Part shown: positions 31,400 through 39,438 of the stretch, piece by piece
How the letters are laid out: the number at the start of each line of letters is the position of its first letter
Position numbering within the stretch: position 1 is the stretch's first letter
Source of the DNA: Clostridia bacterium
GTDB lineage: Bacteria; Bacillota; Clostridia; TANB77; CAG-508
Reading direction: 5' to 3'
Length of the DNA stretch: 64,000 nucleotides
Assembly (NCBI GenBank): GCA_017626365.1
Contig: JAGAIV010000001.1
Coordinates: 31,429 to 95,428 of the forward strand
Notes under the pieces: model-generated
Told to the model about the DNA's origin: nothing
Databases searched by the model: none
Seen by the model: only the letters and a program-made list of their open reading frames with translations
Translations under genes and position numbers: made by a program

Positions 31400-32446
31400 T
31401 TAATTTACATTATGAATCTCTTGTTTTGTTAATCCAGTTATTTTTTCTATCAACTCAATTGGCAAATTATTCTTCTTCATTTCTTTAACCATTTTTCTTA
31501 AATTTTGTTTAGTTCCTTTGCTAATTCCTTCTTGTACTCCAATAGCTCTTTCTTTGTCTATTATTCTACTTAATGAACTTAACATGGTTACTTCACTTCC
31601 TTTCATTTCTTCTATTATTTTTTTTACCTTTTCTTTGCCTATCTTTTCTCGTAAACTCGTTTGTATGATTGTCGTTAATCTTTTTCTATCTTCTTCATCT
31701 TTCGTCCTTTCTATTACTTCTTTTAGCACTTCTATAAACTCTTCTCCTGCTTCCGTTTTCTCTAATAAAAATATTTTATCTATTAAGTGCTCACTTTTTA
31801 ATAAATCTTCTTTTTTATATTCGTTTATATCAATTAAATTATATTTTGATAAATCTACTTTACGAAATCTTTCGTCTTTTGTTTCATTTATCTTTAGACT
31901 TACTTTCCATTTATCTCTTCCTGTATATATCACAATCGGTATTACTACTGGTATTTCATATCCTTTTGTTTTTATTTTCTTTATATCGATTGCACTTTTC
32001 TTTACCTCTAGTCCATATTCTTGTATTCTGAATGGCATACTATAATCTACTTTTGTTTGTTGCTCTATTAAAAAGAATATGTTTTTATCTCTTATTTTAT
32101 ATACTACATCTGCTTCTCTATTTTCTAGCCTAGCTGTCACATAACTACTGTTGTATTTTTCTAATTCTTCTGGTTTTACTCCGTTTTCTTCTTCTACATT
32201 TAATATTTGATTAATAATATATGCTGCATCGTTTTTATTACTTATTATATTTCTGTATGTTTTATCATGTTTATGATTTATCTTTTTTTCTCTTATTACT
32301 ACATATTCTTCTTCATCTTCTCGTAATACAAATATACCTTTTTCTTCATCATATATATACTTAACTATATCTTCCCTACTAAGTATATAATAATAAATAT
32401 CTGTCTCTTTGTCAATATCTTCTTTAAAATTATTCTTGTCTTCTAT
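31400..32446 (-). CDS. Rpn-family recombination-promoting nuclease / putative transposase (PD-(D/E)XK); start codon unresolved
   Basis: Family-like motifs: HKHDKTYRNIISNK, EADVVYKIRDKNIFFLIEQQTKVDYSMPFRIQEY, IPVVIPIVIYTG. The frame is open from 32467, but there is no ATG, GTG or TTG upstream of the GTG at 32140, which lies inside the conserved region. GGAGGAG sits 8 nt before an ATA codon at 32446. Confidence 0.65.
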   Translation of the reverse strand: MEDKNNFKEDIDKETDIYYYILSREDIVKYIYDEEKGIFVLREDEEEYVVIREKKINHKHDKTYRNIISNKNDAAYIINQILNVEEENGVKPEELEKYNSSYVTARLENREADVVYKIRDKNIFFLIEQQTKVDYSMPFRIQEYGLEVKKSAIDIKKIKTKGYEIPVVIPIVIYTGRDKWKVSLKINETKDERFRKVDLSKYNLIDINEYKKEDLLKSEHLIDKIFLLEKTEAGEEFIEVLKEVIERTKDEEDRKRLTTIIQTSLREKIGKEKVKKIIEEMKGSEVTMLSSLSRIIDKERAIGVQEGISKGTKQNLRKMVKEMKKNNLPIELIEKITGLTKQEIHNVN

Positions 32447-32658
32447 TTTTCTCTCCTCCGTTTCTTTTTATTTTCTTTGCTCTTTGGAATTTTATTTTAG
32501 ATTAAAATTCTTTTGATATAAATTTTTATTAGAAAAGCACGAGATGTGCTAACAGAATAATCTTGTTATATCACATCTCGTACTTACATGTAAATATATT
32601 TTTGTAAAAATTATACAATTTTTCTTAAGGTTGCATTTTGTCATAAAAATGAACCCTC

Positions 32659-33754
32659 TGTAAATTGTCAAGCAAAAATTAACAAAAATTCTCATATTAA
32701 ATTGAGCAATTATTCTCAAATAAAATGTATATATGGAGTACTGGAATTATCCAGCACTCTTTTTGTTTACAGCTAAATATTTAGTACGATAAGATTCTCC
32801 GACAATTTTAACAACATATGCTTGGTCTAATAATCTATCCAGAATAACACTAGCTAAAATATTATCATTAAAAACATCACCCCAAGCTCCAAATGGCATA
32901 TTTGTTGTAATTATTGTACTTTTCTTACCATATCTTTTAGAAATTAACTGAAAGAAGAGACAAGCTCTAACAAGAAAGCCAGAGTCTTTAGCAAATTGAA
33001 CAAATTTTTCATTAATTACTACATTAGAGAAATCTGATTTAGCATGGTCAACAACAGTTTTCATATTATCAAAAAGAATTTCATCAGTAGTTCCACCAAA
33101 GAATTCAAATGCAGAAGTTAAACATTCAAACAAAGTAGATTGAGTTCTATCAAAAGTTAATTTCACAAATTTCATTCTAGAGTAACCTAGAGTCATTAGG
33201 AATATATTAATCATGTATGGAGCATTACTGCTATCAACAAGTTCGAGTTTTTCTTTCCAATCAACTTGAGCTTGATAACCAGGAGTAGTTTCAAAACGAA
33301 TTGTAACTTTAACTTTTTGTTCTTGTTTAAAGGAAGCAACATATCTAGCAACAGAAGAATAGCCACCAGTATAGCCATATTTATCTTTAAGTAACAAGTA
33401 TATTGACATAGCAGAACAAGCATATTTTTCTACTTTTATTTCAATAATATCTTTAAATTCATCAAGCTTAGATGTGTAAATTCTTTTTTTACTGGTAGAT
33501 AATTCATTTACTTTTTTAATTTAGAATTAATGGTTTGTCTAGAACAATTCATTCTTCTGGCAAGTTCGGATTTATTCAACAAATTCACCCCCATTCCATA
33601 TTTCAATAATTCATTTTCAATGTCTTTTCTCATAACACCACTCCTTTCAAAGAAAAGATAGGTTAATTATACCTAAAAAAGACATAGAAAAAACTAGTCA
33701 AATTTGCTCAATTTTACTTGAGAATTTTTGACTAGTTTTATTATACAATTTACA
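32659..33754 (-). mobile_element. Internally deleted IS21-family element (about 1.1 kb remnant)
   Basis: The termini start with TGTAAATTGT on both ends in inverted orientation. Subterminal repeats TTGCTCAATTT..TGAGAATTTTTG occur on both sides. The element contains an istA-istB fusion ORF. Confidence 0.75.
32747..33633 (-). pseudogene. IS21 transposase IstA (frameshifted) fused by deletion to the IstB C-terminus
   Basis: The HTH part is MRKDIENELLKYGMGVNLLNKSELARRMNCSRQTINSKLKK followed by a stop. The shifted frame continues VNELSTSKKRIYTSKLDEFKD...GYTGGYSSVARYV...QAQVDWKE...LGYSRMKF...FAKDSGF. It then switches abruptly to IstB-like LFFQLISKRYGKKSTIITTNMPFGAWGDVFNDNILASVILDRLL. Confidence 0.8.
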
Positions 33755-33770
33755 CCTGCCATCTTATATC

Positions 33771-35162
33771 TTACTCTGTGATTTGTCCATACTCTAATGG
33801 TATTCCCGAATAACTATTTGGTAATGTCGTCGTCCAATTTTCCTCGCTACCACTTGAAGAAATGGACAAATCATCCACTGTAACTCCAGACTGTAGATAA
33901 ACTACAGGGCGCACAGCATACCATTGCGCAAGGGAATGGCCGCGCGAAATGAACAAGGCAGAGCCGGCGCCAGCACTGCCTTCAACGACAGCCCCTGGAC
34001 CGAAATTGCAATAATCAGAGCCGTTCATGTAGACACCAGAAGACGCAAGCCAGTAAGATTTTCCGTTTGACCCACTTTCTGTTCCCTTAAATAATACATC
34101 ATATAGTTTGCTAGATTGATCAACTATACTAGAATCTGTGTACATATACCCAAATGCTGTCACATCTACGCTATCTCCTGATTTCTTATTTGTTAAAGAA
34201 CTATATTTTGATGGATATTTTGCTTTCAAGTAATTTTCTGGTGCATAGTCATTTGTTTTATATGTATAACTTTGTCCAAAGTTCCCTTGATATGCTGTTA
34301 ATGCGGTTTTCGATTCATCTGCAGTTTTATATATTTTATTAGAATTCTTATCTAATGTTAACCCTAATGCTACATTTATATCTTCTATTCTCATACTCTT
34401 TGTAGCAGTAGCATATCTTCCCGCATAAATTGCACATACTTTATCTAATATATTATTAGACACTAATTCATCGTTAGTATTATACCAACCTTCTGCTTTG
34501 TCTAGATATAGATATGGATCTTTTTTCCAATCATCTGTTGCTGATGAATCCATTTCTTTTTTAATAGGGCTTCCTGTAGTTATTACTAGTTGTGTTTCAT
34601 CTTTATTTAATCCTAAAACTCTCCATGTTGTATTTGTATTAACTTTATAAGTTTGCGCTCCACCATCAAATCCTGTTTCTTCTGATGTTAAACTTGCTGT
34701 TGCATTAGAGTTATTCAATGTTGAATTATAATTTGTTATATAGTCTCCTACATTTATTTCTCCATCTTTAAAAGCCTGTACTAATGTTTTTGCATTAGAT
34801 ATAGAGCCAAGAACACTAAAATCTATTGTTATTCCACCTATTGTTATTACATCATTTTCTTCTAATGTTGCAACTTCGCTATCTGTCAACTTTCCATCTG
34901 CATGTAATTGAGCAATTACTTCCGCTCTAGTTTGTTTTGTTCCTCCAATATAATCTACACCAGTATTATTTGCTACTGCCAATGTTACAGTTTCTTGTAC
35001 TTCTCCTCCTCTTGTTGCATCTTTGGCTTGAACTGCTTTATTAAGAATTCCATTATCTCCAGATAGCATAGAAATAGATATTCCTACCAATATCAAAAGC
35101 ACTATAATCGTAATAACTAATGCAATTAAGGTAATACCTTTGTTTTGTTTTAATTCTCTCAT
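33771..35162 (-). CDS. Prepilin-leader protein with a non-GLUG C-terminal module, 463 aa (family member B)
   Basis: N-terminus MRELKQNKG|ITLIALVITIIVLLILVGISISMLSGDNGILNKA. The C-terminus KSYWLASSG...NFGPGAVV...AVRPVVYL resembles the YWLRS...GVRP module seen on many Firmicute surface proteins. Confidence 0.7.
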   Translation of the reverse strand: MRELKQNKGITLIALVITIIVLLILVGISISMLSGDNGILNKAVQAKDATRGGEVQETVTLAVANNTGVDYIGGTKQTRAEVIAQLHADGKLTDSEVATLEENDVITIGGITIDFSVLGSISNAKTLVQAFKDGEINVGDYITNYNSTLNNSNATASLTSEETGFDGGAQTYKVNTNTTWRVLGLNKDETQLVITTGSPIKKEMDSSATDDWKKDPYLYLDKAEGWYNTNDELVSNNILDKVCAIYAGRYATATKSMRIEDINVALGLTLDKNSNKIYKTADESKTALTAYQGNFGQSYTYKTNDYAPENYLKAKYPSKYSSLTNKKSGDSVDVTAFGYMYTDSSIVDQSSKLYDVLFKGTESGSNGKSYWLASSGVYMNGSDYCNFGPGAVVEGSAGAGSALFISRGHSLAQWYAVRPVVYLQSGVTVDDLSISSSGSEENWTTTLPNSYSGIPLEYGQITE

Positions 35163-35312
35163 TTTTCTTTTGCTCTCTTCACGTATTTTTTCCTTTTTAT
35201 TATTTTCTTTTTTTCATAAATATGTACATTTCTTCTGTTTTTATTTAAATAACAACAGATTTGTTATTTAAATCTTATTTCGTTTTCAATGTATATATTT
35301 ACTTATGTTATT

Positions 35313-35342
35313 ATATTATCTCTACATGTATTACTTTGTCAA
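35313..35342 (-). promoter_or_regulatory. Promoter of family member B
   Basis: Minus strand TTGACA-N18-TAATAT, about 150 nt upstream of the start. Confidence 0.4.
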
Positions 35343-35381
35343 GGTTTGTTCCACTTTTTTCTGTTTTTTCTTAACAACTAA

Positions 35382-35412
35382 AACAGAGAGATTACTTGTA
35401 ATCTCTCTGTTT
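35382..35412 (-). terminator. Terminator after family member C
   Basis: AACAGAGAGATTAC-ttg-GTAATCTCTCTGTT (14-bp perfect stem), followed by TTTAG on the minus strand. Confidence 0.75.
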
Positions 35413-35478
35413 CAATTCGTAAAATAACCTCTTCGTCATTCTTACTCTATAATTTATTTTTACAAAAATATCTTTCTT

Positions 35479-38400
35479 TTATATATTATTTAGTGTAACT
35501 TCTGTATTTGTGCAGTTTTCTATTACATCATTTTCCTTAGTTCCTTCAAATCCACTTACATAATATGAATTTTTACCTTGTATGTAATTGATATTCGTTG
35601 ATGCATTTATTGTTGAATCTTCTACTTGGCATCCTGTAATTTTACTTGCTTTCCAAGCTGTTGCATTTTTAGTTGCACTTTCCCAACTGTTTGAATTATA
35701 TATTTTTCTTCTGTAGGTAATTGTTGACTCTCCTAAAATTCCTCCAAATCCTTGAATTCCACCAACACAATCTCTACCTGTTATTATAGATTGATTAGTT
35801 ACTGTACAACCCGTGATTTTAGTAGATGCTGCTCCACTAATACCTCCTACATAGTCTACTCCTTTTACTTGTGTATTTGAAACAATACATCCATTTATGT
35901 TTGTTGCCTCTTCATTGTCTATTATATTAAATCCATTTCCAATTATACCACCTACTGATTTAGCATCTGCTCCCTCTAGAGTCACTTTTGAATTCTCAAC
36001 TTTACACCCATTAATTATAAATGTTGCATTGCTACTTACTTCGCAGTTTTCTCCTAAGATTCCACCTACTGATTTATCTTTACCTTTAATTTCACTGTCT
36101 ATAACATTACAGTTTTCGATTTTATAATTACCATATGATGAAACGTTTCCTCCAGTAATTCCTCCTACACCGTAATTTTCAATAGTTATAGTAGTTCCTA
36201 TAAGATTACATTCTACTATTTCCTTACAATCTCCAGCTCCTACCATTCCACCTGCAAATTGTCCTGTACTTGTTATAATTGAATTTTTTACCGTCGTTCC
36301 TTCTATTCCATATGAACATGCTACTCCTAACACTCCTGCATTGTTACTTGCTTTTGATGCAATTTGTAACTCATCTATTTCACAGTCTTTAACTTTTCCA
36401 TATCCTAGTCCCATAATTCCACCATTATTAGCGCCTTCTGCTATAATATTTAGTTTTTTAACATTACAACCTTCTACTAAAAGTGAATTTACTACAGAAT
36501 TTCCTACAATTCCTCCTGAGCTTGTACCTGCTGCTGTAATTGTTACATTTTCTACATTGCATCCTGTAATCTTTTCTCCATTAGTAATATCTCCTGCTAT
36601 TCCTCCACATCCTTGATATACACTAGTTATGTTTGTATTTTTTACTATAGAATTTGTTATTGTTGCGCTAGACACACCTATATGACCTACCATTCCTCCT
36701 ACTCTAGCATAACATGATTCTGAATTATTGATAAACGATGCTATTTCTAAATTTTTAATTTCACAATTATCAATCGTGCATTCGTCTATACTTGCTCCAT
36801 AGTATGTATTTATGCATGAAGATACTCCACCTGCACTACCATTTATTGATGTTATATGTGAATTTTTTACAATACATTTAGAAATATTTAAATTTCCATT
36901 TGCTCCCAATTCACAAATACCTCCAGCATTATATTTTCCTTCTATATCACAATTATCTACTGTACATCCTAAAATTGTATATCCATCACTTCCATTAAAA
37001 TATCCTATACATCCACTCGCTTGAAAACTATCTGATTTAATTTCTGTATCTTTTACAATACAGCCTTCTATTTTGAAAACTTTACAATTGTAACTATAAA
37101 AATCTGAGCATCCAGCTAATCCAGAAGCACAACCGTTTGTCATTGACGTATAGTAGGTTCCTTCATATTTATTTTTTATATTTGTATAAATTTTACATTT
37201 ATTAACTGTACAACTTATAATATTAGAACCACCTAATTCTCCTGCAATTCCTCCTGCATTTGTTTGTCCACTCCTATAGTTGCCAGTCATTCCTACCCCT
37301 TTTGATATTATTGTTGTATTTTCTACTGAACAATTCTTGATATCTTTAGCATCTGCATTCAAATTTGATCCTAGATTTCCACCAAGAATACCTCCTGCAT
37401 TAGACATTGATTCGTTGCAAGCAATTATATAACTATCTTTGACATCACAACTATCTATAATTAATTCATTATTATATGCTGCACTTCCAACAATTCCACC
37501 TCTACAGCATGTTCCATTACTTCCAGTTGATGAAATTGTATCTGGCAATGTAATTTCAGCTGGTTCATAATTTGATACTTTACAATTTACTACTTTTACT
37601 TTTTTATATTTTGCAAATCCTAATATTCCACCATCTGCTCTTGACTTAGTTTTTTTCAAATTTGTAGTTATACAATCTGAGATAATACTTTCTTCTTCAT
37701 TATTACCGCTACTTGATCCTCCTAGACATCCTACTATTCCTCCACTGTTTTTTGCCATTGGTAATTCTATATTATCAACACTACAGCCTAGAACTTCTAT
37801 TTTAACATTTTCCGAAGCCGATCCCAGTATTCCTGCTGCAGAACAAGTTGAACTATAATTATCAAAACTCGTCATTGAATTATTTAATTCTATATTATTG
37901 GCTTTACATTTTTCTATTTTTACTGTTCCACCCCATGAAGTTCCAACTATCCCTGCAATATCTTCTCTATCTCCATTTAATGTAATTTTACTATCTATTG
38001 CTACACATTCAGAAATATTTGAATTTCCCATAATAACTGCAACTATTCCTGCTGTATTACTGTAACTAGATACTCTTACATTATCTACTTTCAATTTAGT
38101 TAAATTGCTTGGTTCTTCTGTATTATATATCCATCCAACAATTCCTCCTGCAGGTCCTGATTGAGTTCTTCCATTACTTGTAGCTGTTGACTCTTCAACT
38201 ATACAATTCTCTATTGTGCTTTGTGCCATATCTCCTACAAGTATTCCTAGGTTAGTTCCATAACCATTTGAGTTAATATATCCTGTAACATTTGCATTCG
38301 TTACCCCTAAATTATAAATTTTAGCATTAACAATTCTATCAAATATTCCTGTTGGTGTTCCTATTTTTGATGATGAAGCATCATCATAATTCTTGAAAAT

Positions 38401-39249
38401 ATCTTTTGAATAGTAATAATAGTCATCTGTTACATTTTGACTATTTATTTTTATATTTTTAAGGTAATGTCCATTACCATTAAAAGTTCCTGTAAATCCT
38501 TTTATCATATCTACCTGTTCGTTATTAAAATCTAGGTCTACCATTAATTTATATTTGCTATCTTTATTCATGTTGTATGTTCCGACTTTAATATTTTCCA
38601 AATTGTAAATATCATAATTTTGTTCTTCAGTTGCTATTTTTGTATAATTTTCCTTTGTATATATTGGAATCCAATCTCCTATTTCATCATCTGGTTTAGG
38701 TAATTCTGGTCCTATTTTATCTTCATCATCTCTACCGTTACCAGCTTTATATATGTGGAATTCTTTTTTGAATATAATTTCCCCTATAACTTTGAATGCA
38801 GTTCCTGTTTTCAAATCATATAAATATCCATTTTCTTCTCCTGAAACTTTTTCTAAAACATAATATAGTTCTGGGATTTTACCTTCAGCGTTTTTCATAC
38901 TTTCATATTTTTGATTAATTTGTTCTTGTGTATATCCTGAATTAATGTTACCTTCTCTAACTTCTACTATATCTTTTTTTAGTCCGTCAGAAATTCTTTC
39001 TCCTCCATATTCTTCTGCAAAAACTTTATCTTTTCTTAAGATGATACTTCCATTATCATCAGGTTCTTTTGCAAGTTCCACTTGTTCTTCAATTGAAGTT
39101 AGTTTAGTAACAAAAGCTCCCCATCTTGCCCTATCAATAATACCATCTTCACCTAATGCCAAATTGATAGATATAGCCGCTAATATTAATAGTACTATTA
39201 TTGTAATAACTAATGCAATTAAGGTGATTCCTTGATTTTTTCTTTCCAT
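35479..39249 (-). CDS. Giant prepilin-leader protein with about 25 Cys-laddered GGIxG beta-helix repeats, 1256 aa (family member C)
   Basis: N-terminus MERKNQG|ITLIALVITIIVLLILAAISINLALGEDGIIDRA. Repeats of roughly 25-35 aa, each with xxC and (A/G)GGI(V/L/A)G (for example IENC..., AGGIVGW, IEKC, AGGILGS, GGIAGE, GGIVGN). Confidence 0.75.
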   Translation of the reverse strand: MERKNQGITLIALVITIIVLLILAAISINLALGEDGIIDRARWGAFVTKLTSIEEQVELAKEPDDNGSIILRKDKVFAEEYGGERISDGLKKDIVEVREGNINSGYTQEQINQKYESMKNAEGKIPELYYVLEKVSGEENGYLYDLKTGTAFKVIGEIIFKKEFHIYKAGNGRDDEDKIGPELPKPDDEIGDWIPIYTKENYTKIATEEQNYDIYNLENIKVGTYNMNKDSKYKLMVDLDFNNEQVDMIKGFTGTFNGNGHYLKNIKINSQNVTDDYYYYSKDIFKNYDDASSSKIGTPTGIFDRIVNAKIYNLGVTNANVTGYINSNGYGTNLGILVGDMAQSTIENCIVEESTATSNGRTQSGPAGGIVGWIYNTEEPSNLTKLKVDNVRVSSYSNTAGIVAVIMGNSNISECVAIDSKITLNGDREDIAGIVGTSWGGTVKIEKCKANNIELNNSMTSFDNYSSTCSAAGILGSASENVKIEVLGCSVDNIELPMAKNSGGIVGCLGGSSSGNNEEESIISDCITTNLKKTKSRADGGILGFAKYKKVKVVNCKVSNYEPAEITLPDTISSTGSNGTCCRGGIVGSAAYNNELIIDSCDVKDSYIIACNESMSNAGGILGGNLGSNLNADAKDIKNCSVENTTIISKGVGMTGNYRSGQTNAGGIAGELGGSNIISCTVNKCKIYTNIKNKYEGTYYTSMTNGCASGLAGCSDFYSYNCKVFKIEGCIVKDTEIKSDSFQASGCIGYFNGSDGYTILGCTVDNCDIEGKYNAGGICELGANGNLNISKCIVKNSHITSINGSAGGVSSCINTYYGASIDECTIDNCEIKNLEIASFINNSESCYARVGGMVGHIGVSSATITNSIVKNTNITSVYQGCGGIAGDITNGEKITGCNVENVTITAAGTSSGGIVGNSVVNSLLVEGCNVKKLNIIAEGANNGGIMGLGYGKVKDCEIDELQIASKASNNAGVLGVACSYGIEGTTVKNSIITSTGQFAGGMVGAGDCKEIVECNLIGTTITIENYGVGGITGGNVSSYGNYKIENCNVIDSEIKGKDKSVGGILGENCEVSSNATFIINGCKVENSKVTLEGADAKSVGGIIGNGFNIIDNEEATNINGCIVSNTQVKGVDYVGGISGAASTKITGCTVTNQSIITGRDCVGGIQGFGGILGESTITYRRKIYNSNSWESATKNATAWKASKITGCQVEDSTINASTNINYIQGKNSYYVSGFEGTKENDVIENCTNTEVTLNNI

Positions 39250-39279
39250 CTTTTTTCTCCTTTTACAATATTTAAAAGT

Positions 39280-39308
39280 ATTATATCTATCTGTATTTAT
39301 ATTGTCAA
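39280..39308 (-). promoter_or_regulatory. Promoter of family member C
   Basis: Minus strand TTGACA-N17-TATAAT (perfect consensus), about 30 nt upstream of the start. Confidence 0.6.
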
Positions 39309-39438
39309 CAAATGTAAAAACATTTAATATTACATTTGCATTACAAGTATTATATTTATATTACATTTTGTTAATTATTTATTTACATTTATTTAATCAT
39401 TGTATATAATCAAACAAATTACTTTATGGAGGTATTAT

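Noticed and set aside
33211-33423. 70-aa ORF inside the IS21 remnant
   Set aside because: It is an alternative frame of the istA pseudogene region and is an artefact.
35479-39249. Possible CRISPR or tandem DNA repeat signal from the periodic sequence in the giant genes
   Set aside because: The periodicity is at the protein level (variable 25-35 aa GGIxG units) with diverged nucleotides. There are no identical direct repeats with spacers, and no cas genes in the window.
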